A stretch of 64,000 nt of DNA, taken from Candidatus Latescibacterota bacterium (GTDB taxonomy: Bacteria; Latescibacterota; UBA2968; UBA8231). A program made the translations under genes and the position numbers. Location of the stretch: contig OZ242005.1 in NCBI GenBank assembly GCA_965204725.1, positions 2,144,001 to 2,208,000 on the forward strand, written 5' to 3'. This document shows, one piece after another, positions 55,200 through 64,000 of the stretch (positions are counted from its first letter, which is position 1; each line of letters begins with the position of its first letter). The notes below the pieces were generated by a model that saw nothing but the letters and a program-made list of their open reading frames with translations, did not search any database and was not told where the DNA came from.

Positions 55200-55388
55200 A
55201 TGATCCGCTTTAAGAGGGAAGTGATTGAACAAATGCTCGAAGACCGCAAACCCGAAATCAACCTGACGACCTATCAGCACATCAAAAAGGCCATCGACCA
55301 AGGCACCGAGGACATGGACCCATACATCCTGTCCAATATCTGCCGCGACCTCAAGTGCCTGCCCACCGACATCGTCGAATATGTCTGA
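55200..55388 (+). CDS. Small Cro/C1 (HTH_26)-like protein (62 aa)
   Basis: GAGGAAGG RBS; C-terminus LSNICRDLKCLPTDIVEY resembles the LC..L.C.PGDILEY pattern. Confidence 0.6.
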   Translation: MIRFKREVIEQMLEDRKPEINLTTYQHIKKAIDQGTEDMDPYILSNICRDLKCLPTDIVEYV

Positions 55389-55409
55389 GGGCCTCGTCGG
55401 CGCGCCCCA

Positions 55410-55781
55410 ATGCAGGCCCTAGGCCGCCATCTACTCGTCGATCTCTACGGTTGCAACCGCACGCGGCTCGACGATCCCGACTACATCGCCGCCGAGCTAC
55501 AAGCCGCGGCCACCGCGGCCGGCACCCGCGTCTTGGGCACTGCATTCCATCGCTTTAGTCCGGGGGGCGTCACCGGCGTCCTCATCGTCCAAGAGAGCCA
55601 CTTGGCCGTCCACACGTGGCCCGAGCGCGGTTATGCCGCCCTCGACCTTTTTACCTGCGGGCACCAGACCGATCCATGGGCCGCCTATCAGCGGCTCAAG
55701 CGCGCCTTCGGGGCCGTGCGGGACAATGTAGTCGAGGTCAGCCGAGGGTTGGATGTCCTGCGAGTGGTTGGCGATCGCTAA
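55410..55781 (+). CDS. speD: S-adenosylmethionine decarboxylase proenzyme (class 1B)
   Basis: GRHLLVDLYGC; ESH self-cleavage site; HTWPERGYAALDLFTCG. Confidence 0.93.
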   Translation: MQALGRHLLVDLYGCNRTRLDDPDYIAAELQAAATAAGTRVLGTAFHRFSPGGVTGVLIVQESHLAVHTWPERGYAALDLFTCGHQTDPWAAYQRLKRAFGAVRDNVVEVSRGLDVLRVVGDR

Positions 55782-55787
55782 CCACTA

Positions 55788-55956
55788 TAGCTGTCCGACA
55801 TCCTTGCATAAGGGATGTTCTACATGGCGTTTTGGGTATGAGATACTTCGCTGCGCTCAGTATGACAAGGTGTCTGGGGCACGAAGTCCCCGCCTCTATG
55901 TCATGCTGAGCGCAGCGAAGCATCTCTACATGCGTACAAGTCATTTAGGACGGCTA
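55788..55956 (-). mobile_element. MITE-like element, family 1, copy c
   Basis: TA flanks at 55786-55787 and 55957-55958; inverted pair GTCAT(G/A)CTGAGCGCAGCGAAG(C/T)ATCT; homologous to 33714-33874. Confidence 0.8.
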
Positions 55957-56846
55957 TATTCTTCGCCTTCTAACATGCTGTGCAAGTAGCGCTCAAACGC
56001 TGCGGCGCGGCCTTCAACCACGGCCCGCAGCTCGAGAATTTCCTGTTGGCGGGCCTTTAACTGGTGAATTTTCAAAGCAACATCCGCGATCGACGAGCCG
56101 AGGTCAAACTCGGCCAAGGCCCCGTCTCGCCGGAAAAACCGCACTGGCTCCCGCGGCTGTTCCCCGCTCACCAAAACCCGCTCCTCGGGCCGCCGCGCTT
56201 TGGCTTGGGCCTGCTCGGCCTCGGCGCACAGCCGGTACTCGGCTTCCAAGCGGCTCATCAGGTCGGCGTTGGCCTTCCATTCGGCTTCGAGGCGGTCGGC
56301 AATATCTTCCAATAGCTCTTGCTTTTGCTGAATCTCGTCCGGCCCGTCATCCACCTCGATTTTCATCTGCCCGCTGTAGTGCAGGTTCGCGCTGTAAAGC
56401 CCGACCCCGAGCAGCTCCCGCGCCTCCTGATAGAGCGTGAGTTGGGCCGACAGGCCCCGGTCGGGTTGCTGGGCCAACTTTTGGATGAGTACGCCGATTT
56501 CCCAGTCGTAGGCGAGGCACAAGCGCTCGGCCAAACTATCCTGCCGAGCCTCTAACGCCACCAACTTCCAGTCGATTTCGACCATGCGCTGCACCAATCG
56601 GAGCGAGGAGCGCAGGGCTTTTCCCAGCTCGGCAGAATCCGCGGCACTCCGCTTTAGGCTGTCGATGCGGGCTGACAACACTTCGGCTTCGGCCGCAACC
56701 CCCAAGCGCTGGCCGGATAGGGAATCGAGCTGGCTTGCCAAGGCGCGATACTGGCTCTTTAGCAGACCCAGCCGGACCGAATCCCCACGCACAGCGCCGG
56801 GCAGCACCAACCCCAAGACCAACAACAGAATAAATGAGCTTTTCAT
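55941..56846 (-). CDS. Secreted coiled-coil protein (301 aa)
   Basis: Signal MKSSFILLLVLGLVLPGAVRG; heptad-rich; overlaps the response regulator stop. Confidence 0.75.
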   Translation of the reverse strand: MKSSFILLLVLGLVLPGAVRGDSVRLGLLKSQYRALASQLDSLSGQRLGVAAEAEVLSARIDSLKRSAADSAELGKALRSSLRLVQRMVEIDWKLVALEARQDSLAERLCLAYDWEIGVLIQKLAQQPDRGLSAQLTLYQEARELLGVGLYSANLHYSGQMKIEVDDGPDEIQQKQELLEDIADRLEAEWKANADLMSRLEAEYRLCAEAEQAQAKARRPEERVLVSGEQPREPVRFFRRDGALAEFDLGSSIADVALKIHQLKARQQEILELRAVVEGRAAAFERYLHSMLEGEEYSRPK

Positions 56847-58315
56847 CGCGAATCTAGGCCGTATTTGTCGAGCTTGTAGTACAGAGCGCTCGTCTTGATT
56901 CCCAAGAGCGAAGCCGCCTTTGTCTTGACGTGCCGCGCTTCCTCCATCGCCCGAGCGATTAGGTCCCGCTCCAACTCGTCGAGGTGCTCGTTGAGTAGCA
57001 AGCTCCCGTCGTCGGCCGCCTCTGCCGCCTCTGCCCCCTCCGCAACCCCCTCTTCCTTCGCAGCCGCGTCAAAGGTCAGCGGCAGATCGTGATAGCCGAT
57101 TTCCTCTCCATCGACCAACACCATGGTGCGCTCAATGACGTTTTCTAGCTCGCGCACATTGCCCGGCCACGGATAGCTTTTTAAGCCGGTCAGGGCCTCT
57201 TCGGTGAGCCGTTTGGGTGGAATGTTCATTTCTCCACATTTCTTTTTGGTAAAGTGCTTCACCAACAACTCAATGTCTTCGCGCCGCTCCCGCAGCGGCG
57301 GCAAGGTGAGCGGGATGACCTCCAGCCGATAGAAGAGATCCTCGCGGAAGGTGCCCTCTTCAACCATGCGCTTGAGCGGCCGGTTGGTCGCCACCACCAC
57401 CCGCACATCTACGTCGAGCGGCTGCTCACCCCCCACGCGGTCGAACTGCTTTTCCTGCAACACTCGCAACAGCCGAACTTGGGTCTCCAACGGGACATCG
57501 CCGATCTCGTCCAAAAAAATCGTCCCGCCCTCGGCCAACTCGAACTTGCCCTTCCGCCGTCGCACCGCGCTGGTAAAGGCCCCGCGCTCGTGGCCAAACA
57601 ACTCGCTTTCGACCAATCCGGTCGGCAGAGCACCGCAGTTGACCTTGACAAATGGGCCTTTGCTGCGGCTGCTCTGATAGTGGACAGCGCGGGCGACCAG
57701 CTCCTTGCCGGTGCCGCTTTCCCCGTAGATGAGCACGGACGACGACGACGACGCCACCTTGCGCACTCGCTCGCGCACGGCCTTGATCCGCGGGGATTGG
57801 CCGACGATCTCGCCGAAGTTGTAGCGGCTGTCGATCTCTTCGCGCAGGTAGCGGTTTTGCTCGAACAAGTGCTCCCAGTCCCGCAGCTTGGCCTCGGCTT
57901 CTCGGTGCAGGGTTTGGGCTTCCCGCAGCTTGGCTTGGGCCTCCTGTAGCTTGGCTCGATAGTCGAGCCGCTTGTTGACCTTCATCCACAATTCGTCCGG
58001 GAGGAAGGGTTTGACGATAAAGTCGATCGCCCCCCGTTCCATGGCCTCTACGGCCAACTGCCGGGTGTCGTAGGCCGTCATCATCATCACGTCGGTGTCG
58101 GGGGCTTGGCGCTGGACCGCCTCGATCACCGCCAAGCCGTCCATCTCCTCCATGCGGTAATCGGTAAGGACCAAATCAAAGGGCTCGTCCTTCATCCGCT
58201 CCAACCCTTCGCGACCGCTTCCTGCGGCGACGGCTCGATGCCCCATCTTGTTCAAGCTCAGCACCAGCCCGTCGCCGAGGCTTTGGTTGTCGTCAATAAT
58301 CAAAATCCTGCCCAT
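56843..58315 (-). CDS. NtrC-family sigma-54 response regulator (490 aa)
   Basis: REC domain ILIIDD..LVLTD..MTA..KP; GESGTGKE, GAFTSA, FLDEIGD, WPGNVRELEN; Fis-type HTH. Confidence 0.95.
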   Translation of the reverse strand: MGRILIIDDNQSLGDGLVLSLNKMGHRAVAAGSGREGLERMKDEPFDLVLTDYRMEEMDGLAVIEAVQRQAPDTDVMMMTAYDTRQLAVEAMERGAIDFIVKPFLPDELWMKVNKRLDYRAKLQEAQAKLREAQTLHREAEAKLRDWEHLFEQNRYLREEIDSRYNFGEIVGQSPRIKAVRERVRKVASSSSSVLIYGESGTGKELVARAVHYQSSRSKGPFVKVNCGALPTGLVESELFGHERGAFTSAVRRRKGKFELAEGGTIFLDEIGDVPLETQVRLLRVLQEKQFDRVGGEQPLDVDVRVVVATNRPLKRMVEEGTFREDLFYRLEVIPLTLPPLRERREDIELLVKHFTKKKCGEMNIPPKRLTEEALTGLKSYPWPGNVRELENVIERTMVLVDGEEIGYHDLPLTFDAAAKEEGVAEGAEAAEAADDGSLLLNEHLDELERDLIARAMEEARHVKTKAASLLGIKTSALYYKLDKYGLDSR

Positions 58316-59790
58316 GGTACTCCATCCTTGGACTGCGGCAGGCGCAGGCGGCACACAGTGCCTTCGCCCAGCCGACTGTCTATTTCGATCCAGCCGCGGT
58401 TTTCCTCAACCGCCTGCGCCACCAACGCCATGCCCAAGCCCGACCCTTTCTCCTTGGTCGTAAAGAACGGCTCGAAAAGGCGCGCCTGCACCTCCTCCGA
58501 CATACCCGGGCCATCGTCGGTCACCTCAACGATGACTTCCTCGCCCCTAGCCGTGGCCCGCACGGTCAAATGCCCGCCGTCGCGCATGGCTTGGACGGCG
58601 TTCTTCATCAGGTTGAGCAGCGCCCGCTCCATTTGCTCGGCGTCGATGTAGCACGTCAAGTCGGGCGCGATGCGCTCCTCGTAGCGGATGCCGGCCGCCT
58701 GCATTTCTGGGGCCAGCAAAAAGGCCGCGTCGGCCACGAGGGACGCCAGCACGGTCGGCTGCGGCTTGGCCGGCGCGGGCCGAGCGAATTCGATAAACTC
58801 GGAAATCACGCCATTGAGCCGGCGCACCTCCTCAATGACCTTCTCGATGTGTTGCTTGCGCTCGTCGCTGGCCGGCAAGTCGCCGGCGATTAGGCCGGCG
58901 TACAGCTCAATACTGCCGAGTGGATTGCGGATCTCGTGGGCGACGCCGCCCAGCATGAGGCGCAGTTGGGCGTCGCGGGCACTCAGCTTGCGCCGCATCT
59001 CCTCCATGGCCTCGCCCAAATAGCCGATTTCGTCGTCGGACGCGGTGACCACCTCTTGGGCCATATTGCCGCGGCCGATGGCGCGCGCCGCCTCAACCAG
59101 CTTTTGGATGGGCCGCGTCAGCGTCCGCGCCAACCCCCAAGCCACCCCGACCGTGAGCAACGCACCCAACCCGGCAAAGATCAGCACCGACCGCCCAAAG
59201 ACGCGGATAGAGTCCACAAACCGCGCCCCGATCTCAACGCCGACGATCGCGACGACCTCGCCGCGGTCAAAGATCGGGGCGTAGCCTGTCATATATGGGA
59301 CATCGCCGTCATAAAAAAATACCGAATGCGCGGTATTGCCCTTCCAAACCTTTTCCAACTCTCGACGGTGCAAGATCCGTTTGGGGTACTCGCGGCCAAT
59401 GGGCATCAACCCATCGGTGTCGAGCAACGAGCGGTATTGGCGGTCGAAAACGAAAATTTGCCGAGCACCCACCCCTTGTTCGGCGCGCTGCAATTTACTT
59501 ACTAGAGTCCGATAAAGATTGGAGTGCTCGCGGCCTGGGTGCAAGTAGCGCAGCACGTTGCCGGACAGGTTCATGCTCACCAGCGTGGCAACCGATACGA
59601 GGTGGTCGCGCATCTGCCGCTCCAAGCTGCGGTCTGTCAGCTCGAAGAGCACCCAGCCCGATAGACCGACGACGACCATGACCAGCAGTACGAAACTCAG
59701 GATCAGCTTGTGGCCAATCCGCCGCCGCGGATGCTCGCCGGCAGCGGACTTGCCCTTAGTTGCTTGGACAGACTCGACAAATTGGCTCAT
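58300..59790 (-). CDS. Membrane sensor histidine kinase with HAMP domain
   Basis: Two TM helices; HAMP DEIGYL; H box AHEIRNPL; NLMKNA, DDGPG, FFTTK, GSGLG. Confidence 0.95.
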   Translation of the reverse strand: MSQFVESVQATKGKSAAGEHPRRRIGHKLILSFVLLVMVVVGLSGWVLFELTDRSLERQMRDHLVSVATLVSMNLSGNVLRYLHPGREHSNLYRTLVSKLQRAEQGVGARQIFVFDRQYRSLLDTDGLMPIGREYPKRILHRRELEKVWKGNTAHSVFFYDGDVPYMTGYAPIFDRGEVVAIVGVEIGARFVDSIRVFGRSVLIFAGLGALLTVGVAWGLARTLTRPIQKLVEAARAIGRGNMAQEVVTASDDEIGYLGEAMEEMRRKLSARDAQLRLMLGGVAHEIRNPLGSIELYAGLIAGDLPASDERKQHIEKVIEEVRRLNGVISEFIEFARPAPAKPQPTVLASLVADAAFLLAPEMQAAGIRYEERIAPDLTCYIDAEQMERALLNLMKNAVQAMRDGGHLTVRATARGEEVIVEVTDDGPGMSEEVQARLFEPFFTTKEKGSGLGMALVAQAVEENRGWIEIDSRLGEGTVCRLRLPQSKDGVPWAGF

Positions 59791-59885
59791 CCTATATCCT
59801 ACGTTTGATAATGTACCGCCTTAAAAAAAGACGAACAAGCCGAGTAATAGTTCTCGCTGATTGCCCATAAAAAAGGAAATGCCCC

Positions 59886-60617
59886 ATGAAATATGTCCTA
59901 TTGGCCGCCTGTTTCTCTTTGGCCGCCTGCGGCGGCTCCGACGACGACCGCGGCGAGGTGACCGTTCACTTTGACCACACGGTCGTCGCGGACGAGCTAG
60001 AGCCTGATGACATCCTCTACACCAATGCCGCGGGCAACGAATACGGCGTTACCCGGCTGGAGTACATCGTCTCAGGCATCGCCTTAGAGACGGCCGGAGG
60101 CCAGCGCGTCGAACTGGCCGCATTCCACTATCGCAACGCCTTTTTGAGCGCGACCCGCAGCGTTTCGGCCAAGGTGCCCGGTGGGACCTATACGGCCCTG
60201 CACTTTACCTTCGGCTTAGACGGAACCCAAAACGAAACAGGTGCGTTGCCGAGCGTCGATCACTTCAACAACATGGCTTGGCCTGCTCCCATGGGCGGCG
60301 GCTACCACTACATGCGCCTAGAGGGCCTCTTCCGCACACCCGACAGCACCGGCGCCTTTCTCACGCACACCGGACCGACCGGCGGAGCAGACTTTTCGTT
60401 TGCCGTCTCTCTGCCGCTTTCTCTAACGGTTAGTGGCAGCGAGTGGGCAATCGCCGTGGTCATGGACCTCAACGAGTGGTACGCCGCGCCCTTTCTATAC
60501 GACCTGAACGGCCGCGGCGGGATTATGGGCAACGCCGACGCGCAATCGACCTTGCGGGAAAACGGCTCGACCGTCTTTTCTCTAGGGGCCATCGGACGCC
60601 TCGACCGAGGGGCGTAA
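59886..60617 (+). CDS. mbnP: MbnP-family lipoprotein (putative copper-binding)
   Basis: LAAC lipobox; LEYIVSGI..GTYTALHFTFG..MAWPAPMGGGYHYMRLEG..HTG; adjacent to a diheme peroxidase. Confidence 0.7.
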   Translation: MKYVLLAACFSLAACGGSDDDRGEVTVHFDHTVVADELEPDDILYTNAAGNEYGVTRLEYIVSGIALETAGGQRVELAAFHYRNAFLSATRSVSAKVPGGTYTALHFTFGLDGTQNETGALPSVDHFNNMAWPAPMGGGYHYMRLEGLFRTPDSTGAFLTHTGPTGGADFSFAVSLPLSLTVSGSEWAIAVVMDLNEWYAAPFLYDLNGRGGIMGNADAQSTLRENGSTVFSLGAIGRLDRGA

Positions 60618-60619
60618 CC

Positions 60620-61627
60620 ATGAGGCTTGGGGCCTTGATCCTGCTCGGGCTCGTCGCCTGCGGCCAAGACGCGGGCGTACCCCCAGTTCATCCGCCGGCA
60701 CCAACCCCCTACGAGCTCGCCGTGCCAGCGGGATTTCCCGCGCCGACCATCCTGCCGGACAATCCCCTGACCGTCGAGGGCATCGCCTTGGGCGAGCGGC
60801 TCTTTGCCGACCCCATCCTCTCCGTCGATAGCACCATAGCCTGCGCCTCGTGCCACCTGCCCGCCCACGCCTTCTCCGATCCACGGCCCTTGAGCCAAGG
60901 CGTCGGCGGCACCACCAGCCGCAACTCCATGCCGCTTTTTAACATGCTCTGGAGCCGGTCCTTTTTCTGGGACGGCCGCGCGGCCAGCCTCGAAGAGCAA
61001 GCACTCGAACCTGTGCAGCAGTCCGTAGAAATGGGCGAGGACTGGGATCGCGTGGTGGCCAAACTGGAGCGACACGCCGAATATCCCGCGCTCTTTGTCC
61101 GCGCCTTTGGGGACGCGCCGATCAGCCGGCACCGGGTCGTCCAAGCCATCGCCCAGTTTGAGCGCACCCTCATTTCGGCGGACAGCAAATACGACCGCTG
61201 GTTGGCCGGCCAAGCGGCACTTACCCCCGCTGAGGAACGCGGCTTCGTCCTCTTTCACACCGAGGCCGGCGACTGCTTTCACTGCCACGTCGCCCCGCTT
61301 TTCACCGACAACGAGTTCCACAACACCGGGCTGGAGCTCGATCCCCTCGATGAGGGGCTGGCCGCGCTCACCGGGAAACGCCTCGACCGCGGCAAATTCA
61401 AGACGCCCACCCTGCGCAACGTAGAGTACACCGCGCCGTACATGCACGACGGTCGCTTTCAGACCTTAGCAGAGGTCGTCTCGCACTACGACGCCGGCTT
61501 TCACCGCACGGTCCTAACCGATCCCCTGTTGCTCGTCCGGCCCAACCTCGACCTCGATCCGGCCGACATAGACGCGCTCGTGGCCTTTTTGAAAACCCTT
61601 TCCGACCCTCAATTACAGGCCCGGTGA
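60620..61627 (+). CDS. mbnH: Diheme cytochrome c peroxidase/MauG family, MbnH-like lipoprotein (335 aa)
   Basis: CASCH and CFHCH; FFWDGRA; FKTPTLRNV..TAPYMHDG. Confidence 0.85.
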   Translation: MRLGALILLGLVACGQDAGVPPVHPPAPTPYELAVPAGFPAPTILPDNPLTVEGIALGERLFADPILSVDSTIACASCHLPAHAFSDPRPLSQGVGGTTSRNSMPLFNMLWSRSFFWDGRAASLEEQALEPVQQSVEMGEDWDRVVAKLERHAEYPALFVRAFGDAPISRHRVVQAIAQFERTLISADSKYDRWLAGQAALTPAEERGFVLFHTEAGDCFHCHVAPLFTDNEFHNTGLELDPLDEGLAALTGKRLDRGKFKTPTLRNVEYTAPYMHDGRFQTLAEVVSHYDAGFHRTVLTDPLLLVRPNLDLDPADIDALVAFLKTLSDPQLQAR

Positions 61628-61667
61628 CGCGCTTATGTAGCTGTTTCTTTTATTAGTTACTTTTCTC

Positions 61668-61695
61668 TTGATTGAGTTTCAGAATTTCGTATAAT
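61668..61695 (+). promoter_or_regulatory. Sigma-70-type promoter TTGATT-16-TATAAT
   Basis: Perfect -10 box in an AT-rich intergenic region before the HU/IHF gene. Confidence 0.6.
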
Positions 61696-61752
61696 ACAAG
61701 CACTTATGCACAAAATCAGAGCCGGTTTAACTCCTCATCTAGAGAGGTTTTA

Positions 61753-62091
61753 GTGCCCACGATAACCAAGAAGGACCTAGCGCGGTCGGTTGCCGACACA
61801 ATCGGCTGCAAAAACAACCTGACTTTGCAAATGGTCAATAGCCTTTTCGAGGCCATGCGCGAAACGCTTATCGAAGGCAACCGCATTGAAATCCGGGGTT
61901 TCGGCGTACTCGAAGTCAAAGACACCAAGCCCAAGCCCGCGGCGCGCAACCCGCGCACCGGCGAGGTCGTGTACGTGCCCGCCCGGCGCAAGACGCACTT
62001 CAAGCCGGGCAAACAACTCAAAGAAGCCCTGCACGACACCGACTCTGCCGCCGACCACGCCGCACCCGACCCCGATGACTCTTGGTCCTAA
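61753..62091 (+). CDS. HU/IHF-family DNA-binding protein (112 aa)
   Basis: TKKDL..RIEIRGFG..ARNPRTGE..FKPGKQLK. GAGG RBS before GTG 61753. Confidence 0.93.
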   Translation: MPTITKKDLARSVADTIGCKNNLTLQMVNSLFEAMRETLIEGNRIEIRGFGVLEVKDTKPKPAARNPRTGEVVYVPARRKTHFKPGKQLKEALHDTDSAADHAAPDPDDSWS

Positions 62092-63173
62092 CATCGCCGA
62101 GAATTCGTCCCGAAAAGTTACGAACCGGCTCTTATCGCGCATGTATGGGTCTTGCCCTGCTGCTCGCTTCCGGGAGCCACGCCGAGCAACGCCTGCACAT
62201 CGGCGCGGACCCGCGCATTGAGCTGCTCACCGCAGTCCAGCTCCTCAGCCAATATCGCTATCTGACGCCCTATCGGGTGGATTACGCAGCCGACCTCGTC
62301 GCCCATTTCTCGCGCTATCCCCCCCAGCAGGCCGTCGCCCTCTTCCGCAGCCTGAGCGCGGACACCGGGTGGTCTGATGCCTACCCAACCGCCATGCTCT
62401 ACCTGTCGGACCCTCCCGCATTAGAACCAACCCAACCCATTCCCCCCCACATCTATCGCGCCTTCCGCAGCGAGGAAAACTTTACCCGCTTCGTCCGCGC
62501 CCTGCGCACCTTTGCACACCAGACCCAATTCAACCGCTTCTTCGCCCGCAGCCAAAAGCTCTATCAACGCCTTGCGACGAGCCTCCGCGAGGCCCTAGCC
62601 GGTGCCGATCCCACCGGCGAAGTCGAGGCCTATTTCGGCACTCGCCAAGTCAGCTACCACCTCGTCCTCAGCCCGCTCTTACACCACGGGGGCTTTGGGC
62701 CGCACATCGGCCCCTTTGGAGGGCCGTACGATGTCTATACGTTGCTCGGTCCTACCGGTGCCGCGCACGGCTTACCTGAATACGGCCCCCGCGACCAACT
62801 TTTGCAGATTATATGGCACGAGTTCAGCCACGCCTTCGTCAACCCCCTCAGCAAGGAGTACTACCCAATGCTGAGGCCCCATGCCGAGCTATTTGCCCCG
62901 CTGGCCGAACCAATGGCCCGCATCGGCTACACGCACTGGTTCGACTGCGCCAATGAACACCTCATCCGCGCCATAACCGCGCGCCTCGCCCACCATCACC
63001 TCGGCGCGGAAGCAGGTCGCCGCGCACTGCGCGAAGAATCCGGGCGCGGCTTCCGCTATATCCACGCCCTAGCCCGCCGCCTCGAAGAATACGAATCCCA
63101 GCGCGACCGCTACCCGACCTTCGCGGCCTTCTTCCCCCACTTCATTGCTGTCTTTGCCGATCTTACGCCCTAG
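62082..63173 (+). CDS. DUF4932-like secreted protein with an HExxH motif (start uncertain, possibly 62145)
   Basis: DPRIELL; HEFSHAFVN; downstream NEHLIRA; signal-like MGLALLLASGSHA. Confidence 0.7.
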   Translation: MVLTSPRIRPEKLRTGSYRACMGLALLLASGSHAEQRLHIGADPRIELLTAVQLLSQYRYLTPYRVDYAADLVAHFSRYPPQQAVALFRSLSADTGWSDAYPTAMLYLSDPPALEPTQPIPPHIYRAFRSEENFTRFVRALRTFAHQTQFNRFFARSQKLYQRLATSLREALAGADPTGEVEAYFGTRQVSYHLVLSPLLHHGGFGPHIGPFGGPYDVYTLLGPTGAAHGLPEYGPRDQLLQIIWHEFSHAFVNPLSKEYYPMLRPHAELFAPLAEPMARIGYTHWFDCANEHLIRAITARLAHHHLGAEAGRRALREESGRGFRYIHALARRLEEYESQRDRYPTFAAFFPHFIAVFADLTP

Positions 63174-63176
63174 GCT

Positions 63177-63998
63177 TTAGCGCACCAACCGCCGGAAAAG
63201 CTCTTGCTGGGGCGGTGCTGCGAGCAGTTCGTCCAAGGTCCCGCGCTCCAACCCCTCGGCAATAACGGCAAAACTCTCCCGTACCACGGCCGCGGTCTGT
63301 TCGACCTCGGGCTCGCCGTGGGCACAGTTGAACATGAACCCAGCCGCTAAGATCACGCCGCGGCGGGCGTTCTCTTGGATGAACAGGGTGTGGACCTTGG
63401 CGGCCGTCGCGGCATCCTCCGCGCCCAAGCGGATGCGGGGATGCGCCGCCACCCCCTCGCACCCCGCATCGAGCCCAACGGCCGCGGCCGCCGCGTTGAC
63501 CTGCTCCTTAAAAAACGCGCCGATGCGCTCGAAGTGGGCCACCGCGGCGCGGCGCTCCAACTCGCGCAAGGTCGCCAGCGAGGCCGCCACGCCGATGTTG
63601 TCGTCCCAATAGGCACTGGAGATAAACATCTGCTCGGCTGGTGCCATAAACGCCCGCTGGCCGACCACCGCTCCCATGGGATAGCCATTGGAGATGGCCT
63701 TGGCAAAAACAGAGAGGTCCGGCGTCACGCCCGCGTATTCTTGGGCACCGCCCAAGGCCACCCGGAACCCCGACGAAACCTCGTCGAAAATGAGCACCAC
63801 CCCGTAGTGCGACGCCAACTCCCGCACCTTTTCTAGATAGCCCGGCGGCGGCTCGTCCGAGCGCATCGGCTCCATGATGATACAGGCCAACTCGCCAGCG
63901 TGTCTTTCGAGCAGGGCACTTAGTTCATGGAGATCACCATAGGCAAAAGGCAGGGCCGTACCCTCCAGGCAGCGGGGCACCCCAATCGGCTCAATGCC
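63177..63998 (-). CDS. Class III PLP aminotransferase (GSA-aminomutase-like); 5'-truncated by the window edge
   Basis: IIMEP, LIFDEVSSGFR, PDLSVFAKAISNGYPMGAV; frame stays open to the window end. Confidence 0.9.
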   Translation of the reverse strand, partial: GIEPIGVPRCLEGTALPFAYGDLHELSALLERHAGELACIIMEPMRSDEPPPGYLEKVRELASHYGVVLIFDEVSSGFRVALGGAQEYAGVTPDLSVFAKAISNGYPMGAVVGQRAFMAPAEQMFISSAYWDDNIGVAASLATLRELERRAAVAHFERIGAFFKEQVNAAAAAVGLDAGCEGVAAHPRIRLGAEDAATAAKVHTLFIQENARRGVILAAGFMFNCAHGEPEVEQTAAVVRESFAVIAEGLERGTLDELLAAPPQQELFRRLVR

Positions 63999-64000
63999 AT

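Noticed and set aside
63177-63998. Calling the aminotransferase hemL
   Set aside because: The gene is truncated, has no tetrapyrrole gene context, and motifs such as SSAYWDD deviate from what I recall of HemL. Only the family is supportable.

Overview
Bacterial, mostly GC-rich window with no rRNA, tRNA, CRISPR array, integrase or transposase recognised. The YPNPFN/FlgD-Ig C-terminal domains and a TSWGxLK tail suggest an FCB-associated candidate phylum such as Latescibacterota; that is inference only. (1) 1-8.3 kb: glycosyltransferase/ABC-permease cluster interrupted by a 1.5-kb AT-richer cassette encoding a secreted protein and a 4-Cys peptide. (2) 8.3-16.8 kb: two DNA methyltransferases with an eroded ORF between them, downstream of a nurA-HAS-herA operon headed by a STAS/HATPase/winged-HTH module. 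(3) 16.7-49.9 kb, the main finding: a single-strand locus organised as three units. Each unit starts with a sigma-54 promoter preceded by a ~60-bp palindrome of six 10-bp repeats. The locus holds seven mosaic paralogs of a secreted FG-GAP propeller protein with a shared C-terminal domain, a Cys-rich and a WD40 secreted protein, two DUF4159-like paralogs, an envelope operon, and an apparently soluble beta-propeller/sigma-54 activator fusion. (4) 50-64 kb: MacAB-like exporter, speD, an NtrC-type two-component system, an mbnP/mbnH-like pair, HU/IHF and a class III aminotransferase. Two families of MITE-like elements carry GTCAT-type palindromes. All family assignments come from motif recognition by eye; no database search was run.
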